Assembly (NCBI GenBank): GCA_964035545.1
Contig: OZ037767.1
Coordinates: forward strand, 6,030,707 to 6,094,706
Direction: 5' to 3'
Source: Bugula neritina
Taxonomy: Eukaryota > Animalia > Bryozoa
DNA length: 64,000 nucleotides
In this document: one piece after another, positions 50,675 to 63,509 of the stretch
Layout: every line of letters starts with the position of its first letter
How positions within the stretch are numbered: position 1 is the stretch's first letter
Translations under genes and position numbers: made by a program
The notes under the pieces: model-generated
The model's input: the letters and a program-made list of their open reading frames with translations, nothing else
Databases searched by the model: none
What the model was told of the DNA's origin: nothing

Positions 50675-53284
50675 TATAAGCAAAGGATGCGCCTGAAAAA
50701 AAATGATAGGATTGATTATGTAAAGTAAGTTTATTTACATTATTTACAATAAGCAAGCTGCTGCTACAACTTTAACAGAATAAAAGAGTTGAAAAAACAA
50801 ATTCGACAGAAATTTAGTAAAGATTATTGTTACCATTAATGGCAACATGGGTTAACAGACTTATGAGTTACAAATTACGCTATGACTATCATACTAGATT
50901 ATCACTATATAATTAACATTCTTTAGATTCTTGTTGCACCAATGTGTAGCATAATTATAACTTCTAAATGCTATTTCAAGTTTAACTTCAAAACAATCAG
51001 AATATTATCTCCTTTTACTTAATCAGAAACACATACTTTCAGAAACAAAAAAGTCAGACACTTGAAAGAGGAGCATGTTATAACCCTCATTAAAAACCAA
51101 AGCTTTTGATCATCAGATGAAATAACCATTATCAAAGTAGAAGTTGATTAAAATTTGAGAAACTTCAAATCGAAATTTTCTAAGATCAAACTACCTGTTT
51201 TATTAGGTCTGCTACCCTTATTAATGTTTCATTTTAGCAACTACTGAATTATATATACTAACACTTATGACAATCCAACAAAAAATCAATGTTATATTTA
51301 ATAGATATAAAAATGTTCTTATGATGGCTATTCTAAATATCAACATGAAATATATAATTCTGATGCTGGTAAAATTTAATAACATTATACGAAGTTGAAC
51401 ATGAATACGAATATACATAATAGGTATCTGCAATATATCAGTTATAATAAGTATAATTACATTCAAAAAATCAACTAATAGTGGTTATTAGCAATAGTTT
51501 TATTGGACTACGCTATATTTGATTATGATTATAACTGTTCAACAATATGAAAAGGAATATTAATCTTTTATTTTTTAAACTTTACATTCACACTCAATCT
51601 TCATGATTAGCATAAAATTAACTTAACTTATCGACGGTATTCACTGGTGCTATCTTAATCATACATGTATATTTTATGACAATTATCATTATTTTCAAAG
51701 CTTATCTCCACAATTAAGAATCAGCACTAACATATTGTATATTGTATATTTTATCATTTATGAGCACAATAACTATAACTATAAGCATTATCACTTTGTT
51801 ATCTTTCAATATGCAGTTCTAATCAATATGAATGAAAACTATTCCTATTAAAACTATTCGGATTCCTATGTGAGAAAAGTCTTGAAAAATAAACTCTAAT
51901 ATACAAAACTAATAAATTAAAATAAATAAAAAAGTATACCACTTGGCAGTTACACTAATTTAGTAGTTTACCATAGGTATCACCTAAACGACCATCTCAA
52001 TCTAATAGTAGTCCTAATTACTATTAGATCTAAAGTTAGTATTACAAAAATGATATAAATCTAAATATCAAAATCAACATGATTATCAGACTCAGCCTGT
52101 CACTAAGATTATGAAATTCAAATAGAGCATCAGTGAGGATTAGATTAAGATATGCAACGCCAACATCAAAAGTAAACTTGTGTAAATCTAATGACTAACA
52201 CAAACTCAAGACTAGAGTAATTTCAACTTACTCCCAACTCAAAGCCACTACTCTGTACTCAGTTGTTTAACTTAAGCCGTTTCAGTTTTAGTTTATTTTA
52301 AAGCTATTCTTACTTTTACAATTACTCTTAAGTCTTAGGGCTAGGCTAAAACTTGGTATTTTACTTGATTATCATTAACATTATGAATTAATTTACCCTT
52401 AACTTTAATTTTAGGTGATTACTGACTATAATTGTCAATTAAATTAGATCTGCTAGTAATGAAGTACTAGCAGTACAACTACAGGTACTAGTAGTACCAA
52501 GTCTAAGTACTTCTAGTTCTAGCGAGTAAAATAAAGAAGTGCGTGCATCAAGTCCAACTTATAATTACCGCTGAGGTTACTTTTATTTATCAATCATCTA
52601 TATTCTATAATCTATAGATAGTGCAAGCGTTGGACTATAACCTTATATTATAGTTTCAGTTCAGTGAGTGTAACCAATACCAAAACTCCAAATTTATCAA
52701 TACAAAGTGAAAGTGCACCATCTATTTAAGCGCATCCTTAGCCTAAGTTTTGTTTTGACAAATTTAAGAGCGTTATAAACATTAGTTTCGCACGATCTTC
52801 TTCCACAAAATGACCAAATTTATAAATTGTTATTGAAACTGAACTACAGTGAAGGCCAGTTGTCAAGGAGTTGGCTCGTTGTAGTAGATAACTCTATGTT
52901 GTCGTATATATTGTAGCAACTGTTGTATTTAGGAACAAAAATATAAATGAAACGAAATTGAAAATATTCAATTTTTTTAAATACAACAGGTAATTTTTTG
53001 AATTTTATAAATTTGTTATACCGAGCTAAACAAGCGTCTGAATTTTATTGTTTGCAGAGTTATCCTCCCATAACAAATTTCACGTCGAAAGTTTGTACAA
53101 ATTGAAAAAAGCGTTTTCCATTGAATTCTTTTTTGTGAATGTGGAATAGTTATACCTGATTAATCAATTGATATTTATTTTAAAATATTGTCATTATGAA
53201 CATCAATATGAATATAGTCATAGCGAGAATGCAATTTGCCACCAGCTAATTTTTTCAAGCGAAAACCAGCTTCTAAATTTAGAG

Positions 53285-53880
53285 TGAGTATAACTATAGG
53301 TATAGTCTATAAGTATAAGACTAAGTATAACTATAACTATAACTATAAGTATAAGTAAATGTAATACTAATAGTAATAAGACGTATGCCGGTATGGTATA
53401 ACATTAACTATAAGTAAAAGTACTAGTGCTACTATATAAACCTGGATCTAACACTGGAAGTGGGATTCTGAATTAGTTTAGAATAAGAGTTAGTCTTAAA
53501 GTAAGACTGCTAGAGTTAGACTTAAAGTTGAGACTCAGACTAACCGTGACTAGAACTTTAGTTAAGATTTAGATTTCAAGTTTAAAACTTCAACTGGCTC
53601 CAGTGTCCAATAATAATCATTAAAGATAAATGATTAATAGTTGATATTATTGCTTAATCACTGAGACAATCACAAAGACATTTTAATTTTCAAAAAGTTA
53701 GAGTATCACTATGACTATGACTATCGGTAACACTAACAGTAACTGGAAGTTTAACACTATCACTATGACTAATACTAATAATAATAGTATTAGTGATAGC
53801 ACTAATGCCAATGCAATAGTAATAGTAATAATTATACTAGTAGTAAAAACTATTAACTTTTACTTGTAACACTAACTGTC
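53285..53880. repeat. Degenerate low-complexity tract with about 6-bp periodicity (TATAAC/AGTTAG/ACTAAT variants)
   Basis: For example TATAACTATAACTATAACTATAAGTATAAG and CACTATGACTATGACTAT; similar tracts at 38020-38600 and 52380-52520. Confidence 0.6.
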
Positions 53881-54448
53881 CTCCCAGAGAATCAGAATAG
53901 CCATGTTTTTAATACTTATGTGTTAGTTTATTATTCTAATAATCACTGCAAAGTAATTAACATTAATCGTTATCATAATGAAAAAAGTACACAATTAATA
54001 TCCTATTAAAACGCAAATAATTTAAAAAACTCTTCACAAAATGTTAATTGACATTAGCTACTAAGTTGAAAAAATATGATAAGTAAAGCCTTTTAAAGTT
54101 TAAAAATACAACACAGTCACAACTTCCTTGCTGAAAGTTCAGAATGAAAATGGTCCTTCTAGAATAAGCTGAACTGATTGTCTTTCTAAAATGCACTAAA
54201 ACTGAACTAATCAAATATTGATAGTTTATCCCAATGCAACTTGTAATTGCATGGCTTCTTGTGTTCATAAATATTGTTTTGTTATTATAGAGGTCTTTTA
54301 ATTTGAGATGATAGTGATAGGTAGTTATATGGTGATATGTGTAGTGAGACTAAATCAACAGCTGGGGTTACTGCAGACAAACAAATAGAAAGAAAAGTTT
54401 TAAATTCAAGAACACTACAATACTATGAGTAGTAATTCCAATAATAAT

Positions 54449-54859
54449 GGGTCATTTTACTTAATTTAGTACACACTGGATATCTTCAGTTTTTAGCTAT
54501 TTTTCCCAATTTAACTGCTAATGGACATAGATTTTTTGGCCAAAACTAGTAAAACACCAATAAATACACCTAAATAATCAAAGTTCTTTTTAATTTTGCT
54601 TCATTTCCCATGTTTTTTCCTAATTATTCAGCTACTTTTGGTTGGGGACCATTACGGTTTTTTTGTAACGGTCTGCATTCCTAATAAGCTAAATATATAA
54701 GAAAAAACATGGGAAATGAAGCAAAATTAACAAGAACCCTAATTGTTTCGGTGTATTTACTAGTTTTGGGCAAAAAGCCATGTTCATTACCAGCTAAATT
54801 GTAAAAAATAGCTAAAAACTGAAGATATCCAGTGTGTACTAAATTAAGTAAAATGATCC
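54449..54859. mobile_element. Foldback MITE, 411 bp, arms of about 165 bp
   Basis: Outer about 55 bp nearly perfectly inverted (GGGTCATTTTACTTAATTTAGTACACACTGGATATCTTCAGTTTTTAGCTA), flanked by TAAT on both sides. Confidence 0.88.
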
Positions 54860-55769
54860 TAATACGGTAATACTAATACTAATAATAATAGTTAATATTA
54901 ATAGTAACATTATTGTGACGCTACTTTAACTCAAAGTCATATAGTGATTATTTTAGTCTTACTGACTTGATTGTAACTGCCATCTCAGAGAGTATATCAC
55001 ATTTGAGTTTGAGTTCAAATGAGTTCATAGTTATATTTGTAGTGCTGATATATATGTTTAGCATATGCATAGTTTATTCTATTGTACTAAATGACTAAGC
55101 AGTAATCAAGTATCAACACCATAAGACTGTAATTTAATCATCATCACAAAGAAGGACTGACACTAAATATATTGAATAGAAGTGAAGGTGCACATGTAGC
55201 CTATAACAACTAAGTAATTTACTTTTAGCTGTTTATTATACAAAATAAAGTTTTAAGGCATCAGCATAAACATGAATCCTGTAACTAACAATACATTATG
55301 TGTTTATGATGATCTACACATGCCTTTTGTATAGTAAATTTATCACGTAAGCTGCTAAATATTAAATGTCAATATATCATGGAGGTAGCACAACCTCATT
55401 ATTGAAGGTTTTAAATTCAACTAATCCTTTTAGAAAAACTGCTAGATGTATTATTTGCATTGCAAATTGCAGCAACATAAACCAAACAGTGCAATTACCA
55501 TGCAAATCCAGCTAGATTATTTATGTCATATAGTTACAAGTATACAATACTTTGGTGTGGTTTAAAATTTTAGAGTATAATAAGTGTTCACGGTGATCAT
55601 CTCATTTACATTATTTCATGTTTAAATAATAATGATCAATAACTAATGTCGTTAATGTGAAAGTGTAATTTATAATTATATTTAAATATATGTTTACAAG
55701 CTTGCAATTTAGTTATGAATAAGTATACAAGAAACATTGTGGTTTTATTACTTTATTAAGCAAAGTAAT

Positions 55770-55812
55770 TAACTAATATTTCGGGCACCACTGTGCCCAC
55801 CTTCAGAGTAAC
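55770..55812 (-). ncRNA. Hammerhead-ribozyme-like motif (possible Penelope pseudo-LTR relic)
   Basis: Minus strand CTGAAGG-T-GGGCAC-AGTG-GTGCCC-GAAA-TATT followed by AATAAA; one core mismatch relative to CUGANGA. Confidence 0.4.
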
Positions 55813-56076
55813 AATGAATGATTGAAATATAAAAGTTATGATGTCATAATCTTGAAAATCTTGAAAGTAAACAACAAAATAGGGAAAATCTAACCCAGTC
55901 AGATTACAACTATTCTCTTGTTTCCATTCATACTAAGTTCATCCTTGACCTTGTAGGCAGCTCACTTCAGGGAATAGTTTACAATATATGTATGGCATTT
56001 GTACCAAGTATCTGAGGCAACTGGAGTCGACTAACACTAACTTTTTCATTTCACAAAATTATTCTACGCAAAAATC

Positions 56077-59000
56077 ATGACGGCAACATGGAAGATAGTT
56101 TGTACTGATGGAAAGAAGGATGCAGTAACTATTGGTCTGGGGAAGACAGTGATTGGAAGAGGACACTTGTTGCAGGTGTGTGTCTGTAGTTGGTTGTGAT
56201 GAAAGTGACTTTCTAGTGAAGTTATTAATTTCTGTTTCTTTTTCAAATTATCTTTTATGCGACACGAGGGTGTCACATCAGTGGGTTATCTTAAGAGATA
56301 GAAATGGAGTAGTTTAGTAGGCTTCAGTGTTAAACTTTCATAATAAAGTAATTTATTTGAATATAGAACCGTGTTTGCATAATTTCATGACAGCTCATCT
56401 CATTTGGCTGTTCCTTTAACGTTGTGTCACTTTTTATAGATCCGAGAACTCAAAGTTTCCAGGCACCATGCTGAAGTTCAAGTCACTGAAGAGGGCGAAT
56501 TTACCCTGAAGGCAGTAAGTAACTGAGTTGACAGAGTGAATTTTAAAAATACATTCAGTTTTAGCTCTTTGTCTTAGAACTGTGCAACACCAGCCATGCG
56601 TTGTGCTATATTCAACACAGACGAAGGAAATATTGTTTTTACACACCTAAAGTTTCATTTAGGAGCAGTAGTGGAGAAATTGACATAGACTGAGTTCTTT
56701 AAATTTCTTATTAAATTTTGGTTTAGGACGCAAGTCAATGTTCTTGCGAGAACATAACTTCTTAATTGCTACATTTCTAATTTATAACACAGGCCTTTCT
56801 CAATTACTCCATAATTTTGAGTTTCTCAGTCACAGTTGATATCAGATTATCTGAGTTTATAATGTGAATAATTGTTACATGAAGTGTTGACTTGTTGCAA
56901 TGAATATGTATTATTATCTGTATAAGTGTTACGCCCTCCTGTATGTAAAATATAACTTCATTAAAGATGCACCCTGGCCTGCCGTGCTACTACAGCAGAA
57001 AAGGCGAATCTGCAAAAACTGAACTCTTGAGGGGTCAGTCTGTGACACTGACAGATGAAGACGTATTCTCTCTCCATTCTAATCCGGAATGTGAGTTCAA
57101 GGTCATCCAGACAACAGAGAGTCCAGTGCCTGAAGAGTCTACTAATGATGATGCCGACAATAATGTATGTACTTTTGTCAACCCAGTAACCTTTTGAACT
57201 GTATGTATAGTAGTTACTTCAGTATGGATATCTTTCTAATGTTGTGTTCTAGTACACTACATACTTACCTATTATCTACTACATACATATTACTTACTTA
57301 CTACTGCTGCTGCTGCTACTACTACTAATACCACCACTACTACTACATACATGCTTACTATGTACTACATATAATAACGTACATTTCTTACTCTTTCAGA
57401 CTTCTACTACAAAAGATCAGAAACTAAATTCAAGTGGTAAGTAGTTCTAGTTGTGTTATTAATGGCTTCTCTTTTTCTTTGCGAATTCGTCGACTGCTTT
57501 TATCAAAATTACTTATTTGTTAGCTTTTCTTTCCTTTCTATTGCTGAAATTAATCATTTGTCTTAAGAAGAGAATGCAAACGAGGCTGAAAGTGCAGAAG
57601 AAGACGGGGAGGAAGAGGAAGCAGAGGAAGAGGTAGAAGAAGCAGTAGATAGTGACTGGAGCGACTCACCAAAAAAGAAATCTAAAACTCTGAAAGCCAA
57701 AGCACCCAATAACAAGTCTACCAAACGTGGTAGCAATAGGTTAGAAATCGCATGTACAAATTCTACACGTTCTCATCCTGTAGTTGTTTGCTTTTTTGTG
57801 TGAATCTTTAAAGGTATTGGTGACTGTGAGTTTTAATACAGTTATGGTGCTGATTAGCTGTGCTCATTGTTTAGTTTTATTATGGTAGGGGCAGCCGTAA
57901 ACCGCCCCTTAAAAAGCCTAAGACAGCATCGAGTGAGGAGGAATCTGAGGCCAGCGAAGAAGAGGATAGTGACGAGGAATATGGCGGCAGGCGCAGCAGA
58001 CGTCAGCCGAAGAGAGTCGTGCAGAGATTGGCTCCTCGTAGAGCCACTAAGGCCGTGTCTTACAGTATGTGCTGCTCTGTAATATACTCTAGTCAGTCTA
58101 GTGTAATATACTCTAGTGTAATATACTCTAGTGTAATATACTCTAGTGTAATATACTCTAGTGTAATATACTCTAGTGTAATATACTCTAGTGTATTATA
58201 CTCTAGTGTAATATACTCTAGTGTAATATACTCTAGTGTAATATACTCTAGTGTAATATACTCTAGTGTAGTATACTATAGTGTAGTATAACATAGTATT
58301 GATAGTATCCTATAGTGCAACATAGTATAGTATTGTGTAGTAGAGTATAGTATACTGTAGTATATACATGTGACACAACAACTTACACTGATGTCCAACA
58401 TACTTTAAGATGAAGACCTGATGCTGGATGGGATGACACCAAGTGAAGAGGAAGACATCAGTGACTCTGGTGGACTCCCTAGAATCGGGAGACAAAAGAA
58501 AGCCGACAGCGACTCGGATTTCCAAGTGGAAGAAGATTCTGGAAGTGACTGGGAGGATAAGAAGTCATCCAGAGCTGTGAGTATGCCGAGACTAATCTGT
58601 AGAACTGAAGCTAATTTGTAGAACTGAAGCTAATCTGTAGAACTGAAGCTAATCTGTAGAACTGAAGCTAATCTGTAGAACTGAAGCTAATCTGTTGAAC
58701 TGAAGCTAATCTGTAGAACTGAAGCTAATCTGTAGAACTGAAGCTAATCTGTAGAACTGAAGCTAATCTGTTGAACTAGGGTGACAAAAGTCAGAACTCT
58801 TACTCAAATTTGATTGTCATTAACTACTAAGTATTTTTGGTTGTTTTAGAGAAAACAGGAAATAGTTTAGTTTGATTTAAAAATTATGGTAGATGCTGTT
58901 TTTACACCAGCTGCTGGCAGCCATTGCATGGTTAACAAACGTTATGCAGAAACTTGTTCGGATAAAATCATCATCGAACTTCTCATTAGATGAAGATAGT

Positions 59001-60222
59001 AACATGTGGGTAGTGAGTTTAAACCTTTCTAGACCATCTCGTGAAACTATCATACCGAAATTGTAGTTGTCATGGTTACCTAAGAACTCAACAAGTTTGA
59101 GCAAATTTGATAACTTCAGAATTTGGTTTTGATAGAAAAGTTAGATGGCTTATTACATAATACTTCATGGAAGCTACAAATTATTAATTTGGTGGTAGGA
59201 AACTGTTGCATGAGGATCTTACTTCTATGACAGATGTTTTATATATGATGACAGTTTAGATAAGAAATAAGAGCTATGGACTTAAAGCATTGTCTATAGC
59301 TGTGGTCCTAGGGAATTCTCTAATTAGTATAATAATTACAGGGCAAGAGAGGTGCGCCCCCACCCAAACCTCCATTGAGGAGGTCTGCTAAGAAAAAAAG
59401 AAATGTCTCAGATTCTGAGGACTTCTCTGAGGAGGAGCCTGAGTACCGTCCCAGACCGACTCGGAGACGGTATGGAACCAACACTAACATCACACAAAGT
59501 CTGTGATTCTAGTGTTTAGTTCAGTTGGTATAGAACATTCATCTCTTGTCTCTCGTTGACTGCTGTGTGCTAGTTTTAGTTTGTTGTAAGTTCCAACTAA
59601 TTTTGGAATATTGGAGGGTTTTTTCAAAAATAATTTTCTTATGTAATCTGCGCCTGTTTAATAGCATGTTGGCCAACTATAAAAACTGGCTGTGTCTTTC
59701 TCACTAATAGCCCTGTCTCCCTCACACTAATAGCCTTGTTTCTTTCACACTATTAGCCTTGTTTCTTTCACACTAATAGCCTTGTTTCTCTCACACTAAT
59801 AGCCTTGTTTCTCTCACACTAATAGCCTTGTTTCTCTCACACTAATAGCCTTGTTTCTCTCACACTAATAGCCTTGTTTCTCTCACACTAATAGCCTTGT
59901 GTCTCTTCCACTAATAGCCTTGTTTCTCTCACACTAATAGCCTTGTTTCTCTCACACTAATAGCCTTGTTTCTCTCACACTAATAGCCTTGTTTCTCTTC
60001 CACTTAGAGTTATGTCCTCTGTTGTAGAACTAAGAGCGCTCAATCAAGTAACTCTGAACAAGGAAACTCTGAACAAGGAAACTCTGATCAAGGTATCATC
60101 TACTCAACTCTATCATTCCTCTATTCTACTGTCCAGTAGTTCTGTACAAGTAGTTTATCTAATTTGTATTCCCTGATTTAGACCAGGAAGAAGAAAATGC
60201 ATCTGGCGAAGAGAGCGAGTAG
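56077..60222 (+). CDS. APLF/PNKP/aprataxin-type FHA domain protein with acidic-basic disordered tail, about 385-419 aa; exons 56077-56175, 56440-56514, 56967-57164, 57400-57436, 57568-57739, 57889-58064, 58410-58576, (58911-59012), 59342-59469, 60028-60092, 60182-60222
   Basis: GKTVIGRGHLLQ/IRELKVSRHHAEVQV...LKA/MHPGLPCYY...DEDVFSL aligns by eye with the APLF FHA (GETVIGRGPLLGITDKRVSRRHAILEV..IHTNPCFY..GDSFSL); all downstream exon phases join to TAG at 60220-60222. Confidence 0.8.
56661..56812. mobile_element. MITE family B
   Basis: AGGAGCAGTAGTGGAGAAATTGA ... AGGCCTTTCTCAATT. Confidence 0.7.
58078..58292. repeat. 15-bp minisatellite CTCTAGTGTAATATA, about 13 copies
   Basis: Begins about 13 bp after the donor at 58065. 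Confidence 0.95.
58592..58777. repeat. 19-bp minisatellite CTAATCTGTAGAACTGAAG, about 10 copies
   Basis: Begins 15 bp after the donor at 58577. Confidence 0.95.
59701..60004. repeat. 23-bp minisatellite CACTAATAGCCTTGTTTCTCTCA, about 13 copies
   Basis: Ends about 23 bp before the acceptor at 60027. Confidence 0.95.
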
Positions 60223-62169
60223 ACAACTGCAGTCATTGCAACACATTTAGTCCTTGTATCCTGTGAGTGGGCGGCTGTAAGTATTGTACATAAGAAACAT
60301 TTTATGATTCCCAGTTATGTAGACCATTTCCTGCGGAATCTCATCTGTACAGGTGACACGGAAGGCAGGTGAAACTGGGTACTTGTAGCATATCTGCTCC
60401 CAACTAACAGTTAGTCATGTTGTTGATGTTGTCTATTTTTATTAATCTAAACCCTTTAGCTATACCGAATATGTCTCTTTTGTAAATATCTTCATTTATA
60501 TTAAATGAATTGGTCACATCTGTGTAAATCGTGTTATTTTAATCTAGCTTTTCTCGAACATATATATGAATACTCTACATATTCTTATTCTTCTTGGTAC
60601 AACTTTACACCAGCACATTGTTTTATAATGTTCATTGGTTATCAAGTGTTTCAGTCCTTTTGTAAAGTTAGACAACCAATTTTGTTTTTAATGTATAATA
60701 TTTGTTGATGTTAAACTGGCCCACTTGCTGTACATGCTGTATAGTATTACTGAACAGCCTGATGTTAATAGCATTCTATAATGTTTAATAAAATCAACTT
60801 TTCCATATCACTTAATTTGTGTACCTTATATTCTAACATTGATGATATCAAGTAATACATCCCAACTCAAATAAAAATGTGCTACACACTGCAGGCTAGA
60901 AAAGTTACACTGTAACTATTACATTTCCCATTGTATATTGATTTACTATATAATACATATAGTATATATATATAGCATAATAAATTTATTATCTATAGTA
61001 GTTGTTTTTTAGATATGGTTTCAAATTGGTTGGTTTATAATTCACATCACAGTATAGTATAGCTGGCACCTAGTTAACTGGTATTCATTATGACTCATGT
61101 TCGACATAAACTAATGTATTTGTTATGCTCATTGTTAACCTGCAAAGAAATTATAAAACTTGTTCATGGTCTTAAACTGGGAATAAGTTTGTGAAATTTT
61201 TGTAAGCGATATTGTTAAAACTTGAAATTAAGGCTCTGTTAGAAATTATTAGAAGTCGTTGCAGTTTTAGGTACAGCCAACAAATTATTGGATTTTAGCT
61301 TAAGATTATGTAGCTGGACTGATGATGCCCTTGTTCATTATATACACTCATTATATTACCTCAGTCATTGAAACTGTACACACTGTATGCGGTAAATTAG
61401 ATTACTTAACACTGCTATGCAGACTTCCTATATGCATTATCATATGCTCTACTTGACTTAGCCATTGTTTCAGGGGGTATTGTGAAGCTGTAATAATTCT
61501 GAATTGATTGACAGGTAACACATTGATGCTGTAGACTCGTGACATCATGTATGATAAAACATGCAGCATTAGAACAGGTTGTAATTAATTATATTACTTG
61601 GACAGTTACATTTTTGGTTTTTCTAGCCCACCAAGAAACTGTTTTTACCTAATTAAAGGACTGTGAAATTCCAATCCGTTTTTTCTGGTCATGATTGAAA
61701 ATTTCTATCTTATACCTGCTCTCTGAAATAATACTAAAATTTTCTGTCAACATTGGAAGGGTAATATTTACAGAGGTGAGATTTAAATATTGAGTCATAA
61801 ATTTTGCATGCTTTTCAGACAGCACAGTGAAATGCTGCTCTTGTAATCCATTGCAAGCTGTGCTGCCATGCATATATATGATGTAATCATACACACCACG
61901 CCTACAGCATGACCTCTGTGCAACCTACCTGCCTTCACACAGCTAATGTTATGCATATGGTCATCTTTCACAAGCCAAGTCTACCTAGCCACTGCTCCTA
62001 ACATTTTTGCCCGCAGTTGATGCACGTTACTTGGTTCCACACTTACAGCTGGTACCTAGGCTAAGTCAAGTGGATATACTCAGCCACTGAAATTCTAGTT
62101 CAGTGTACACAGCAAGGTTAGTCAGCTTCCCATTATTAACTAATAACTGTACGGTGCTGGCAGTCAACA

Positions 62170-63509
62170 ATGCGGCTTTCACTTGTTGAATTAGCATATT
62201 TTGGAGCTCTACTTTATCTTAGTGTCATATGTCAACAAGCTTTTGCACACCCTCAATGTTTAGATGGTAAACCACCTTTCATTTCCACATCACCTCTTCA
62301 GTTCTGTACAGAATACCAGGGTAATGGATGTTGTACTGTGGGACAAGAGGCTGAAATAGAGTTGAGGTAAGGGCTTATGTTTTATTACAAATTGCTGTAC
62401 ATGGGGGGTGTGTTTATAAACACATTGTATATTGCTGTTTAGCCCCAAATACTTGACAGGTATCTGCTCAGTTATGTCAAGTGCAGTGCTCCTTTCATAT
62501 CTCACGATTCTATTTCTCACTAAATTCCATAAGTCACGAGAAGGGCTTGGACCGCCATTTTGTGGCTTATGCATGTGTGTATATAGACAAAATGGCAAAG
62601 TTTAACAGATCCATGAGTTAAATCTGGTATTCTATGTCAGGAATTGAGGTTTCTTGGCCTGCAGCTTAGTGAGATGCTGGCAGGGAGCACTGTAACATAT
62701 TGCCTATTGCTTATAACAGCTGATTGTGTTTTGCATATTGCTTCAACAGTAATATAGGCCTTATACATGTATATAACTCTTGTCAATGAATTGATTCTGT
62801 TAACTAATAGACATGATGCAAAGACAGCTTGGCTGCATAACTGCATGTTCTAGCTACACAAATTGTGTAGTAATGCAGATTCAGGAAATGATAGCAAATG
62901 TTTTTACACTTGGTGTAAATATTTATACTTACCATCTTTTTTTACATGACATACAGTGGCATAATATTACGTCAGCAGTAGTCAACAATATTTACTGTCA
63001 TTTGATATCACACAAAGTGCCTAGATTTATATTCAGAGACATAAAAACAGAGTAACAAATACAATCAACTTAATTAACTCAGACACTCAAAAATGGAGTA
63101 ATATAATCAGAAGGGTGTAGTGTTGAGTTTACCCAGTAGCCCCTGTTGTGTAGTGGTTAGGGGGCCAGTTTGCACGCTATTGGGTTTGAATCCCAGTAGC
63201 AGCAAAAGTTTTATAGAGAGTAGCAACTGTTACTAACTCGAGAACTTCAAGGGGAATTCTTATTGTTGCAGAGTAAGAAATATAACTCGCTCTGTATACT
63301 CGGAGGCATGCAAGGAGTATATCAAGACAATTCTCTGTCAGAAATGCTCGCCATACGCAGCTCATCTATACAGCTATGAAGAAACAGGAATTGTCTCCCC
63401 TCTCCCTGGTCTTTGCACATCATTCTGTTCCGAGGTATTCAACTCGTGTGGAGCCGGAATTCTCAGCTTGTTACTTGATGATCCCAACGAAGATATTTCA
63501 GCTGTAGAG
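62170..63509 (+). CDS. HHIPL: HHIP-like protein, 5' exons (signal peptide and folate-receptor-like cysteine-rich domain); exons 62170-62366, 63272-63509; probably continues beyond the window
   Basis: Signal peptide then HPQCLDGKPPF...FCTEYQGNGCC / ACKEYIKTILCQKCSPYAAHLY...LPGLCTSFC, the HHIPL1/2 signature; phase-2 join. Exon 2 is missing from the ORF track. Confidence 0.9.

Noticed and set aside
57867-58082. 71-aa Arg-rich ORF
   Set aside because: Wrong frame of the real exon 57889-58064.
58019-58291. ORF with (SSVIY)n
   Set aside because: Read-through of the donor at 58065 into a 15-bp intronic minisatellite.
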